From assembly GCA_964496045.1 (NCBI GenBank), contig CAZBYE010000001.1:727-64726 (forward strand): a DNA stretch of 64,000 nt, given 5' to 3'. A program made the translations under genes and the position numbers. The notes below the pieces were generated by a model that ran no database searches, was not told the origin of the DNA, and saw only the letters and a program-made list of their open reading frames with translations. Shown here piece by piece: positions 8,103 to 17,123 of this stretch. This DNA comes from an uncultured Stakelama sp. Lineage in GTDB: Bacteria > Pseudomonadota > Alphaproteobacteria > Sphingomonadales > Sphingomonadaceae. Within the stretch, counting starts at the first letter, position 1. Every line of letters starts with the position of its first letter.

Positions 8103-9880
8103 GCCGCGTCCTCCCGCGGACGCACCGTTACGACCTGCATCATCCCGCCGTGCATGTGATAGAGCATGTGGCAGTGGAACGCCCAGTCGCCCACCGCATC
8201 GGCGGTGAAGTCGAAGGTTGCGGTCCCTCCCGGCTGGACGTTCACCGTATGTTTGCGTGGCGCAAAATCGCCATGCCCGGTGACCAGTTCGAAGAAATGG
8301 CCGTGGAGATGGATCGGGTGGCCCATCATCGTGTCGTTGACGAGCGTCACGCGCACGCGCTCCCCCTCCAGGAATGGGATCGGCGCCTTGACCTCCGACA
8401 GCTTTTCGCCGTCGAACGCCCACATATAGCGTTCCATGTTGCCGGTCAGGTGGATGCGCATCGCCCGTTCGGGCGCGCGAATGTCGGGGTTGCGCTCGAC
8501 CGCGACGAGATCGCGATAGGTCAGCACGCGATGGCCGACATCGGCCAGCCCCTGCCCCGGTTCGCCCATCCGGTCGACCGGCATCGGCGAGATCGACTGG
8601 ACCGTCGGGGTCTTCTTCACCCCCGGCGCGACCGAAAAATCGCGCATCCCGTGATCCATGGCAGGCGCCGGGGCGGCCGCCGCGGCATCGGCGCCCGCTT
8701 CAGGCATCGTGCAATGACCCATCGCCGCGTGCTCGGGCGTGCATCCGCCCGCTCCACCGGCGCCGTGATCCATCCCGCCCATGCCCATGTCCTTCATGGT
8801 GGCGAGCGGACGCTTGCGCAGCGGCGGCACCACCGCAGCCATGCCCGGGCGCGGCGCGAGCGTGGCGACGGCCATGCCGGAGCGGTCGACGCTCTCGGCG
8901 ACCAGCGTATAGGCGCGGTCATCGATCGGCTCGACGATCGCGTCATAGGTTTCGGCGACCGCGATCTGGAACTCGTCCACCGCGACCGGGCGGACCGGAA
9001 GTCCATCGGACTGGACGATGGTGATCTTGAGTCCTGGAATGCGGACGTTGAAGGTCGTCATCGCCGACGCATTGACGAAGCGCAGCCGCACCCGCTCGCC
9101 GGGCCGGAACAGCGCGGTCCAATTGTCCCGCGCTCCATGTCCGTTAATCAGGAAGCTGTAGGTCGAGCCCGTCACGTCGCCGACATCGGTGGGGTCCATC
9201 CGCATCCGGCCCCATTCCATGCGATCCTTGATCGACATCGGCTCGCCATCGGTCGCGGTCAGCTTCTGCTGGTTGAAGTAACCGCCCATCTGCTTGAGCT
9301 TCTGGAAGATCTTGTGCGGATGCATGAAGCTATAGTCGGACAGCACGATCACATGCTCGCGATCCGACACGATCGGGTCGGTGCCCTCGGGATCGATCAC
9401 GATCGGGCCATAATGCCCCATCTGCTCCTGCAGCCCCGAATGGCTGTGGTACCAATAGGTGCCCGACTGGACGATCGGGAATTCATAGGTGAAGGTCGAA
9501 CGCGGCTTGATGCCGGGAAAGCTGACACCGGGCACACCGTCCATGTGGAACGGCAGGATCAGCCCGTGCCAGTGGATCGAGCTGTCCTCGTCCAGCGCAT
9601 TCTCGACGTGCAGCCGGACCTTCTGCCCCTCGCGCAGGCGAACCAACGGCCCCGGCACGGTACCGTTGATCCCGATGGCATGCCCCTGTCTGCCGTCGAT
9701 CGTCACCATCTGGTGCGCGATCTTCAGCCGGATGTCCTCACCCGACACGACCGTAAGGTCGCGAACGAGGCCCGGCGAGTTGGTCTGTGCCCAGGCGGGC
9801 ATCCACGAAGAAAGCGCGAGCGCACCGCCGCCCATCCCTGCGCCGCGCAACAATTGCCGCCGGTCCATTGTCGAATTCAT
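8099..9880 (-). CDS. copA: Periplasmic multicopper oxidase CopA/PcoA (Tat exported)
   Basis: MDRRQLL Tat leader; HWHG, WYHSH, HPIHLHGH, HCHMLYHM copper motifs; start re-called at ATG 9880. Confidence 0.95.
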   Translation of the reverse strand: MNSTMDRRQLLRGAGMGGGALALSSWMPAWAQTNSPGLVRDLTVVSGEDIRLKIAHQMVTIDGRQGHAIGINGTVPGPLVRLREGQKVRLHVENALDEDSSIHWHGLILPFHMDGVPGVSFPGIKPRSTFTYEFPIVQSGTYWYHSHSGLQEQMGHYGPIVIDPEGTDPIVSDREHVIVLSDYSFMHPHKIFQKLKQMGGYFNQQKLTATDGEPMSIKDRMEWGRMRMDPTDVGDVTGSTYSFLINGHGARDNWTALFRPGERVRLRFVNASAMTTFNVRIPGLKITIVQSDGLPVRPVAVDEFQIAVAETYDAIVEPIDDRAYTLVAESVDRSGMAVATLAPRPGMAAVVPPLRKRPLATMKDMGMGGMDHGAGGAGGCTPEHAAMGHCTMPEAGADAAAAAPAPAMDHGMRDFSVAPGVKKTPTVQSISPMPVDRMGEPGQGLADVGHRVLTYRDLVAVERNPDIRAPERAMRIHLTGNMERYMWAFDGEKLSEVKAPIPFLEGERVRVTLVNDTMMGHPIHLHGHFFELVTGHGDFAPRKHTVNVQPGGTATFDFTADAVGDWAFHCHMLYHMHGGMMQVVTVRPREDAA

Positions 9881-9913
9881 GAGATTGTCGAAGCTCCGTT
9901 GATTACCCGGTTC

Positions 9914-9938
9914 TACGCAGGGTCGTCCAAAACCCCTC
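9914..9938 (-). promoter_or_regulatory. Putative ECF (CnrH-type) promoter for copAB
   Basis: GAGGGG-TTTTGGACGACCCTG(15 nt)-CGTA upstream of the copA start. Confidence 0.75.
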
Positions 9939-9989
9939 AAACCGAAACGCCGAAAAGCCGTCAAAAACCGCCGATATCCCGGCTGAAAC

Positions 9990-10541
9990 TCAGCGCTCGG
10001 CGAGATGCCGTCGCGCACGATAGAGCCGCGTCTCCACCGACTTTTCGCTGATGCCCAGCATCTCGGCGACCTGCGCCTGCGGCAGCCCTTCGACCGTTCG
10101 CAGCACCAGCACTTCGCGCAGTTTCGCCGGCATCCCCGCGATCTGCCTGCGCACATCGTCCAGTTCGGCGCGATCGGAAACCTGCTGATCGACCGACACC
10201 TGATCCGCAGCGACGTCCGGCGCGTCTCCCAGCGGCAGGACGCTGCGCAGCACCGCGCGTACCCGCTCCTTGCGCCGCCAGTCGCGCGCTTTGTTGATCG
10301 CGATGCGCGCCAGCCAGGTTCGCATGGGGCGATCACGGTCATAGCGTTTGAGCGCAGCATGCGCCGAAACGAACGCTTCCTGCACCAGATCGAGCGCGTC
10401 GTCGGGGTTGCCGACCAGACGCGCGGTCAAGCCGTAGAGGAACTGCTTGTGGCGGCCGACGATCAGGGCAAAAGCCCGCTGATCGCCCGCGATGGAACGC
10501 GCCGCCAATTCGCCGTCGCTTTCCGCCGCCGGAAGGGTCAC
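9990..10541 (-). CDS. ECF sigma factor, CnrH/NccH-like
   Basis: DALDLVQEAF, WLARIAINKARDWRR, ISEKSVETRLYRAR; last gene of an anti-sigma/sensor/sigma triad. Confidence 0.9.
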   Translation of the reverse strand: MTLPAAESDGELAARSIAGDQRAFALIVGRHKQFLYGLTARLVGNPDDALDLVQEAFVSAHAALKRYDRDRPMRTWLARIAINKARDWRRKERVRAVLRSVLPLGDAPDVAADQVSVDQQVSDRAELDDVRRQIAGMPAKLREVLVLRTVEGLPQAQVAEMLGISEKSVETRLYRARRHLAER

Positions 10542-10972
10542 TGCTGTTCTTCGACCAGCGCCTTGGTCACCGCCTCGTCGAAAATCCGGGCCTGATCCTC
10601 ACGAAGCAGCGCGCGCATCGCAAGCACATGCGCCAGCGTCGCCTTCTGAAGTTCACCCATCGTCACATGCGTTGCATCGATCGCGGCTTCGACCGCGGGA
10701 CCATTGCGATGCTCGGCCTGAATCGCCTCGGCAAGCCGCCGGTTGTGCGCGCGCATCGTCGCCTCCAGCGCGCGCCGGCGCACGGCGAACTCGTCCTCCA
10801 GCGCCTCCAGCTTGCGTTTCTGGTCCGCGTCGAGGTTGAGCCGGTCATGCAGCACCGCATGAATATCGACGCGCGTCTGTTGCTTCACCGGCGCAAGCGC
10901 CCGGCCAGCGAACACGCCAAGAAGTGCTGCCGCAAAGGCGATCAGCGCGACAATCAAATTCCGTCGCATCAT
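10538..10972 (-). CDS. Membrane-anchored periplasmic heavy-metal sensor, CnrX/NccX-like
   Basis: N-terminal TM; HAVLH, LEDEF, LQKATLAHVLAMR match the CnrX His/His/Glu/His/Met ligand pattern. Confidence 0.88.
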   Translation of the reverse strand: MMRRNLIVALIAFAAALLGVFAGRALAPVKQQTRVDIHAVLHDRLNLDADQKRKLEALEDEFAVRRRALEATMRAHNRRLAEAIQAEHRNGPAVEAAIDATHVTMGELQKATLAHVLAMRALLREDQARIFDEAVTKALVEEQQ

Positions 10973-11250
10973 CGCTCACCCGAGCCGAGCAGCAACGACG
11001 AAGGCGCCAGCGGGCCAGGGTCGGCGAACGTCACCGGCGTAGATGCGACAGCCTGCCTCGACGGCACCGTTGCGCCCATCGCCCCGATCAGCAGCGCGCC
11101 GACGGCAAGGCCCGCCGTCATGCGCCGGCCAGCCGCGTCCGCGCGCCGCACGACAATGGTCGCAAGCACGCGATCCTCGATCCCGTCGAGAGCCGGGTGA
11201 TCGGGAAGCTGGCCCAGCGCCCGCAATTTGTCGTCGAGTTCGGCAACCAT
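10969..11250 (-). CDS. Small single-TM anti-sigma factor, CnrY-like (93 aa)
   Basis: Start re-called at ATG 11250; short cytoplasmic helical region, one TM, C-terminal LAPSSLL; size and position match cnrY. Confidence 0.75.
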   Translation of the reverse strand: MVAELDDKLRALGQLPDHPALDGIEDRVLATIVVRRADAAGRRMTAGLAVGALLIGAMGATVPSRQAVASTPVTFADPGPLAPSSLLLGSGER

Positions 11251-11274
11251 CTTATCGTCTCCGTCGGCCACAAT

Positions 11275-11300
11275 TACGCAGCGCCGTGTCATTCCCCTCG
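11275..11300 (-). promoter_or_regulatory. Putative ECF promoter for the cnrYXH-like operon (autoregulatory)
   Basis: CGAGGGG-AATGACACGGCGCTG(15 nt)-CGTA. Confidence 0.75.
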
Positions 11301-11306
11301 AAATTT

Positions 11307-11333
11307 CGGGGGGTTGGCCGATTGGCCGCGTAT
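11307..11333 (+). promoter_or_regulatory. Putative ECF promoter for copCD
   Basis: CGGGGGG-TTGGCCGATTGGCCG(15 nt)-CGTAT, back-to-back with the cnrY-like promoter. Confidence 0.72.
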
Positions 11334-11359
11334 CCAAGGCGAAGCCCAAGGAGTAATAT

Positions 11360-11749
11360 ATGCACATTCTCTCGAAAATCGCATTGTCGCTTGCAGCTGT
11401 CTTCTCGCTCGCCGCCCCGACCGTCGCCGCCGCCCATCCCAAACTGCTTTCGGCAACCCCCGCGGCGAATGCGCCTGCGAAGGCCGTGTCGCGGATTGTA
11501 CTCAAGTTCAGCGAACGGCTGACCCCCAAACTCTCGGGCGCGACGCTGACGATGACCGGGATGCCGGGCATGGCCAACCATCCCGACATGAAAATGACCG
11601 GGGTGAGCGCCGCGGTCGGCAGCGACGGCACCACGATCGTCCTGACCTCGGCGAGGCCGCTTCCTGCCGGTACCTACCGCGTCAACTGGCACGTGGTGGG
11701 TGCGGACACGCACCGGATCACGGGCACGCACAGCTTCTCCGTGAAGTGA
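11360..11749 (+). CDS. copC: Periplasmic copper-binding protein CopC
   Basis: Signal peptide ending AAA-HPKL (N-terminal His), Met-rich MTGMPGMANHPDMKM loop, WHVVGADTHRITG. Confidence 0.95.
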   Translation: MHILSKIALSLAAVFSLAAPTVAAAHPKLLSATPAANAPAKAVSRIVLKFSERLTPKLSGATLTMTGMPGMANHPDMKMTGVSAAVGSDGTTIVLTSARPLPAGTYRVNWHVVGADTHRITGTHSFSVK

Positions 11750-11750
11750 C

Positions 11751-12626
11751 ATGATCGCATTGGCAGCAGGGGAAGGTACGGCGGTCGCGCTGCGCTTTCT
11801 GGTCTACCTTGACCTGCTGCTGGTCGCGGGATTGCTGCTCTGCGCACGGCGGACCGTACCCGACGAAATGCCCGCCCGGTGGATTGCGGGTCTCGCCGCC
11901 ACCGGAGCGGTCTTCGCGATCGCGCAGCTCTTCACGACCGCGCTCGCGATGACCGGGGGTGATGTCTCGGTGCTGGATGCGGAAATGCTACGCTTCATCG
12001 CTGTCGAGACACCCGCAGGTTTGTCGGGCATCGCCCGCTTCGCACTGCTCGCGATGCTGGCAATTGCCGCGATCCGCGCCCCGGCGGCGCGCGCGCTCCA
12101 GCTACCGCTGGCGCTTGCGGCATTGGCGACGCTGGCCTGGACCGGACACGCCGGCGCCAGCGAAGGCAGCACCGGCACGATCCATCGCACATCGGACGTC
12201 CTTCACCTGATCGCCGCTGCAGCATGGCTGGGAACGCTGGTGCTTCTGCTGCGCGCGCTCATCCGCTCGAACATCCCAACGGCGGGTCTGGTTGCCGCGC
12301 TTCACCGGTTCGCCTCGATCGGAACGCTGATCGTCGGAACCTTGACCATCACCGGCATCGTCAACCTCTGGGCCATCACCGGACTTGCGTCGCTGCCGGA
12401 ACTCGCGGCCAGCCCCTATGGCCGCGCGCTCGGTCTGAAGCTGGCGCTCTTCGCGGCGATGTTGGGTTTTGCCGCATTCAATCGCTGGCGCCTTGTGCCG
12501 CGACTGGAATCGGCGCCGCCATCGGCAGCGAAAGCCTTGCGGGCCAGCGTGACGCTTGAAACCGCACTGGCGATCGGCGTCATCGTGGTGGTCGCGCTGT
12601 TAGGAACCCTTGCGCCCGGCGCGTGA
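11751..12626 (+). CDS. copD: Inner-membrane copper protein CopD
   Basis: Multi-TM; WTGHAGA, LHLIAAAAWLG, YGRALGLKL, NRWRLVP; directly follows copC. Confidence 0.92.
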   Translation: MIALAAGEGTAVALRFLVYLDLLLVAGLLLCARRTVPDEMPARWIAGLAATGAVFAIAQLFTTALAMTGGDVSVLDAEMLRFIAVETPAGLSGIARFALLAMLAIAAIRAPAARALQLPLALAALATLAWTGHAGASEGSTGTIHRTSDVLHLIAAAAWLGTLVLLLRALIRSNIPTAGLVAALHRFASIGTLIVGTLTITGIVNLWAITGLASLPELAASPYGRALGLKLALFAAMLGFAAFNRWRLVPRLESAPPSAAKALRASVTLETALAIGVIVVVALLGTLAPGA

Positions 12627-12658
12627 CAGGCTGAAAGTCTCAGCGCTAAGAAGCGGTG

Positions 12659-13561
12659 ATGACACACCATTCTCGCCGCATCGCCTATCTCGCCTGCAAC
12701 GGGACGGTGACCACCTCTCCGGCACGTCGCCACGATGCATTCGAACATGATCATTCGCTCCGCATCTTCGGTCCGGCCTTCGCCGATCGGGGCTATCGCC
12801 TCGAAGAAATTGCCTGGGACGCGGATGTCGACTGGGAACAGTTCGACGCGGCGATCATCGGCACGACCTGGGACTATGCAACGCAGGCGGACCGTTTCCT
12901 GGCGACACTGAAGGCAATCGCCGCGCGTATCCCGCTCGCCAACCCGCCCGAGCTGATCGAATGGAACCTCTCCAAACGCTATCTCCGCGATCTCGACGCG
13001 AAGGGTGTTCCCTCCATTCCGACCCTGTGGGTCGATCGTCTCGCCGACCTTGCGCCGGACGAAATCAATGCCGGCATCGGGACCGGTCAGATGGTGATCA
13101 AGCCCGTGGTCGGCGCAGGTGGGGTAGACCAGTTCAAGGGAGCGACGGAAACCATGCCGGCGCCCGATCATCCCCTCTGGCATCAAGGCGTGATGATCCA
13201 GCCCTTCATGGCCAGCATCGGCGAAGAAGGCGAACTCAGCCTGCTCTTCTTCGACGGGATCTTCAGCCATGCCGTGCGCAAGACCCCGGCGCGCGCCGAC
13301 TATCGCGTTCAGTCGGTCTTTGACGGCAAGGAGCACGCATTCACCCCGAGCGCGAGCGATCTGGCGAGCGCGCAAGCCGTGATCGACGCGCTCCCCGCTC
13401 CGGCACTCTACGCGCGGGTCGATCTGATACGGCGGCCTGATGGCGTACTTGCGGTCATGGAGTGCGAACTCATCGAACCCTATCTCTATCCGCAGTTCGA
13501 CGGCAGCGAGGGCCGGAACCTTGCGATCGCGGTCGAACGCTGGCTCGAACGCGCCGGCTGA
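12659..13561 (+). CDS. ATP-grasp ligase (RimK/glutathione synthetase-like)
   Basis: TTWDY, WNLSKRYL, VIKPVVGAG, IQPFM, YARVDL, VMECELIEPYLY. Confidence 0.82.
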   Translation: MTHHSRRIAYLACNGTVTTSPARRHDAFEHDHSLRIFGPAFADRGYRLEEIAWDADVDWEQFDAAIIGTTWDYATQADRFLATLKAIAARIPLANPPELIEWNLSKRYLRDLDAKGVPSIPTLWVDRLADLAPDEINAGIGTGQMVIKPVVGAGGVDQFKGATETMPAPDHPLWHQGVMIQPFMASIGEEGELSLLFFDGIFSHAVRKTPARADYRVQSVFDGKEHAFTPSASDLASAQAVIDALPAPALYARVDLIRRPDGVLAVMECELIEPYLYPQFDGSEGRNLAIAVERWLERAG

Positions 13562-13565
13562 TCGC

Positions 13566-14249
13566 TCAATCCCGGGCGATATTGCGTACCAGCACCCCGC
13601 GGAACTGCAACGCCTGGAAGAACGTCTGGGGGGTGGCAAAACCCGCACGAGCGAGAATCTCGGCGAACCGCGCTGACCCGACCGGATGGAACAGCCGCTC
13701 CATGCGTTGGATCATCGACGACGCACCCTCGGCGTCGAGTCCGGCAAGCTGCGCCCACCGCGACAGCAATACCGGCATCGTCGCTTCATTCGCGGGCAGG
13801 AGCAGTTCAGCGGTCACCAGCGGTGCGCCGGCCTTGAGCCGCTGCGCAATCGCCGCGAAGAAATGCGCCTTCTCCCCGGTGTCAGGCAGGAAATGAGAGA
13901 CCAGCAGGCTGACTGCGCCGTCGAAACGATGATCGTCCGGCGGAAGATCGTCGATCGTACCGACAAGCCAGCTGACGCGACCTGCAGCATCGGAATCGAG
14001 CCGGCGCCTCGCCTGATCGAGCATCGCCTCGGACGGATCAACCGCGGCAAAGCGCCAGCGCGGATTGAGGATGGCGAGACGCTCAAGTTCCGCTCCCGTC
14101 CCCGCGCCGACGACAAGCAGTTTTGCTTCCGGCGGCAGCAACTCGGTCAGAATCGCCGCTGACAGCTCCTGCAGCGCGACATAGCCGGGCACTCGCCTGA
14201 CGATGTCGCCGTCATAGCTGCCGGCTTCGCGCCCCTTGAACTTATCCAC
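13566..14249 (-). CDS. Class I SAM-dependent methyltransferase
   Basis: VPGY, LVVGAGTGAEL, VDPSEAML, FDGAVSLLVSHF; downstream of copZ. Confidence 0.85.
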   Translation of the reverse strand: MDKFKGREAGSYDGDIVRRVPGYVALQELSAAILTELLPPEAKLLVVGAGTGAELERLAILNPRWRFAAVDPSEAMLDQARRRLDSDAAGRVSWLVGTIDDLPPDDHRFDGAVSLLVSHFLPDTGEKAHFFAAIAQRLKAGAPLVTAELLLPANEATMPVLLSRWAQLAGLDAEGASSMIQRMERLFHPVGSARFAEILARAGFATPQTFFQALQFRGVLVRNIARD

Positions 14250-14287
14250 TCGATACCCCTGTCCCGATGATGCCGGTGCGCCTCCTG

Positions 14288-14509
14288 TCAGGCCGCCGCT
14301 TCAACCGGCGAATGATCGATCTTGTAACCCGCCTGTTCGATTGCGGCCTTGATGCGATCGATGTCGGCATTGGAATCGATCGCGACCGTCTTGGCCCTCA
14401 GATCGGCCTCGACCCCAGCCTGCGGATCGACACTATGCACCGCGGCGGTAATGGCCCTCACACAGGGTGAGCAATTCATGCCGTGAACGGTCAGTTCAAT
14501 CATTCTCAT
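14288..14509 (-). CDS. copZ: Copper chaperone (HMA domain), CopZ-like
   Basis: 73 aa; GMNCSPC, AIEQAGY. Confidence 0.88.
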   Translation of the reverse strand: MRMIELTVHGMNCSPCVRAITAAVHSVDPQAGVEADLRAKTVAIDSNADIDRIKAAIEQAGYKIDHSPVEAAA

Positions 14510-14542
14510 TCCTCCATCCCGATATCGGGAACGCGGAATGTC

Positions 14543-14567
14543 GGGTTTTACACCGTGATAAGGTCAA
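14543..14567 (-). promoter_or_regulatory. CueR-type promoter/operator for copZ
   Basis: Minus strand TTGACCTTatCACgGTGtaAAACC: -35 hexamer overlapping an imperfect dyad. Confidence 0.6.
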
Positions 14568-14592
14568 GCCCGTCGGGCGAAAATTCGCAGCC

Positions 14593-14623
14593 TTGACCCT
14601 AACATGATGTCAGGGTCCATATG
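14593..14623 (+). promoter_or_regulatory. CueR-type promoter/operator for the Cu-ATPase
   Basis: TTGACC overlapping dyad ACCCTaACATgATGTcAGGGT (14596-14616), typical MerR-family layout. Confidence 0.8.
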
Positions 14624-14655
14624 GATCGTCGACTCACATTCCGAGGAGATGAATC

Positions 14656-17109
14656 ATGGACGCTCAACTGCTGCGTCGCCCCGAACCCGACGACGACCGG
14701 ACGCTGGATATGCCCATCGCGGGCATGACCTGCGCGTCCTGCGTGGGGCGTATCGAGCGCGCGATCGGGCAAGTGCCGGGCGTCGTCGATGTCACGGTCA
14801 ATCTCGCAACCGAACGCGCGAAGATCCGGTTCGAGGACGGCCGGGAAGATGCGGCTGCCGTGGCGGAAGCCGTGCGCGCGGCGGGCTATACGCCGCTGTC
14901 CGAAGCCATCGAGCTGTCGATCGAAGGCATGACCTGCGCTTCCTGCGTCGGCCGGGTCGAAAAGGCGTTGCGCGCCGTCCCCGGCGTGCTTGGCGCCGAG
15001 GTCAACCTCGCGACCGAAACCGCGCGCGTCGAGGCGCCCGCGGGCATCAGCCCGGCCATGCTGATCGCGGCCGTTTCCGGCGCTGGCTACACGGCAAGCC
15101 TCCGTGCCGCGCAGGAGCCCGATCAGCTCGCGGCGGACGAAGCTCGTTTCGCGCAGGCGAGCTCGCGTGAGCTGTACCACGTCCTCATCGCCACGGTGCT
15201 GTCACTGCCGCTCGTCGTGCCGATGCTGCTGGCGCCGTTCGGCGTGACCCTGGCGGTACCCGGATGGCTCCAGATGCTGCTCGCTACCCCGGTCCAGTTC
15301 TGGCTGGGCGCGCGCTTCTATCGTGCCGGCTGGAAGGCGGTGAAGGCGCGGTCGGGCAATATGGACCTGCTCGTCGCGATCGGCACCAGCGCCGCCTATG
15401 GCCTCAGCATTTATCAGTTGCTGGTGCCGCCGGCGCATCATGGCGGCGAAGCGGTACATTATTATTTCGAGGCCGGGGCTGTCGTCATCACGCTGGTGCT
15501 GCTCGGCAAATGGCTCGAAGGCCGCGCCAAGCGGCAGACGGGCGCGGCGATCCGTGCGCTGATGGCGCTCAGGCCGGATACCGCGCGGGTCGTCGCGGCG
15601 GGCGGTGAGGAGGTCGAGGTTCCGGTCGCGCAGGTCCGCGTCGGCGACATCGTCCGGATCCGCCCCGGCGAGCGCATCCCGGTCGATGGCCGACTGGTCC
15701 GGGGCGAGACCAGCGTCGATGAATCGATGCTCACCGGCGAAAGCCTGCCCGTCGCCAAGGCCGAAGGCGACCGCGCGACCGGCGGCGCGATCAATGGCGA
15801 GGGCCTGATCGACGTCGAGACGCTCGCCGTCGGCGCTGAGACCACCCTCGCGCGCATCGTCCGCCTCGTCGAAAGCGCGCAGGGGGCCAAGGCGCCGATC
15901 CAGCGGCTGGTCGACAAGGTGAGCGCGGTGTTCGTGCCGATCGTGCTCGCGATCGCCGCGCTGACCTTTGCCGGCTGGCTCGCCGCGGGCGCGAGTGTCG
16001 AGGTCGCGATCCTCAATGCCGTCGCGGTTCTGGTCATCGCCTGCCCCTGTGCGCTCGGCCTCGCCACCCCGACCGCGATCATGGCCGGCACCGGCGTTGC
16101 CGCACGCGCGGGCGTTTTGATCAAGGATGCCGAAGCCCTCGAGATCGCCCACCGGATTGACACAGTTGCCTTCGATAAGACCGGTACACTGACCGAAGGC
16201 AAACCATCCCTCGTCGCCGCCCTCCCCCTCTCCGGCTCTGGCGAACCTGAACTGATCGAACTCGCCGCCAGCCTGCAGCAGGGCAGCGAGCATCCCCTGG
16301 CGCGCGCCGTGATGGCGACTGCGGCCGAACAGGACCTGCGTCCGCGCGAAACGCGTTTCATCCGCGCCTTGCCCGGGCGTGGCATCGCCGGCCATGTGGA
16401 CGGCCAGCGCCTCATTCTCGGCAATGCGCGCCTTCTGGGCGAGGAAGGCATCGACCTCGCTCCATTCGCTGCTCAGGCGCAGAGGTTCGAGCAGGATGGC
16501 AGGTCGGTTTCCTGGCTGGCGCGGACAGCGCCCTCCCCAGCGGTGCTTGGGCTGCTCGCCTTCGGCGACGCGGCCAAAGCCTCGGCCAAAGACGCCATCG
16601 CGACGCTGCACGCCCAAGGCATCCGCAGCGTGATGATCACCGGCGACAATCGCGGCAGCGCGATGGCAGCCGCCGGACAGCTGGGCATCGACGAGGTGAT
16701 CGCCAACGTCCTGCCTGAAGGCAAAGCCGACGCCGTCGCAAAGCTCAAGGGTAATAAGGCGACCGTCGCGATGGTCGGCGACGGGGTCAACGACGCGCCG
16801 GCGCTCGCCGCTGCCGATGTCGGCATCGCCATGTCGACCGGAACCGATGTCGCGATGCATGCTGCGGGCATCACCCTGATGCGCGGCGATCCCCGCCTCG
16901 TCGCCGATGCCATCGACATTTCGCGGCGGACCTATTCCAAGATTCGTCAGGGACTGTTCTGGGCGTTCGTCTACAACATTGTCGGCATCCCGCTTGCCGC
17001 GCTCGGCCTGCTGAGCCCGGTGGTCGCGGGCGGCGCGATGGCGCTGTCGAGCGTCAGCGTCGTGGCCAATGCGCTGACGCTCCGGCGCTGGCGCCCGCGC
17101 GCCTCTTGA
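14656..17109 (+). CDS. Cu(I)-translocating P1B-1 ATPase
   Basis: Two GMTCASC HMA domains, TGES, CPC, DKTGT, HP, GDGVND, YN and MALSS motifs. Confidence 0.96.
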   Translation: MDAQLLRRPEPDDDRTLDMPIAGMTCASCVGRIERAIGQVPGVVDVTVNLATERAKIRFEDGREDAAAVAEAVRAAGYTPLSEAIELSIEGMTCASCVGRVEKALRAVPGVLGAEVNLATETARVEAPAGISPAMLIAAVSGAGYTASLRAAQEPDQLAADEARFAQASSRELYHVLIATVLSLPLVVPMLLAPFGVTLAVPGWLQMLLATPVQFWLGARFYRAGWKAVKARSGNMDLLVAIGTSAAYGLSIYQLLVPPAHHGGEAVHYYFEAGAVVITLVLLGKWLEGRAKRQTGAAIRALMALRPDTARVVAAGGEEVEVPVAQVRVGDIVRIRPGERIPVDGRLVRGETSVDESMLTGESLPVAKAEGDRATGGAINGEGLIDVETLAVGAETTLARIVRLVESAQGAKAPIQRLVDKVSAVFVPIVLAIAALTFAGWLAAGASVEVAILNAVAVLVIACPCALGLATPTAIMAGTGVAARAGVLIKDAEALEIAHRIDTVAFDKTGTLTEGKPSLVAALPLSGSGEPELIELAASLQQGSEHPLARAVMATAAEQDLRPRETRFIRALPGRGIAGHVDGQRLILGNARLLGEEGIDLAPFAAQAQRFEQDGRSVSWLARTAPSPAVLGLLAFGDAAKASAKDAIATLHAQGIRSVMITGDNRGSAMAAAGQLGIDEVIANVLPEGKADAVAKLKGNKATVAMVGDGVNDAPALAAADVGIAMSTGTDVAMHAAGITLMRGDPRLVADAIDISRRTYSKIRQGLFWAFVYNIVGIPLAALGLLSPVVAGGAMALSSVSVVANALTLRRWRPRAS

Positions 17110-17123
17110 GCAAGGAACATCCC

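Noticed and set aside
8103-11634. N-terminal extensions of copB (to 8423), copA (to 10360) and the anti-sigma gene (to 11634)
   Set aside because: They overlap neighbouring real genes; signal peptides and promoters indicate starts at 8102, 9880 and 11250.
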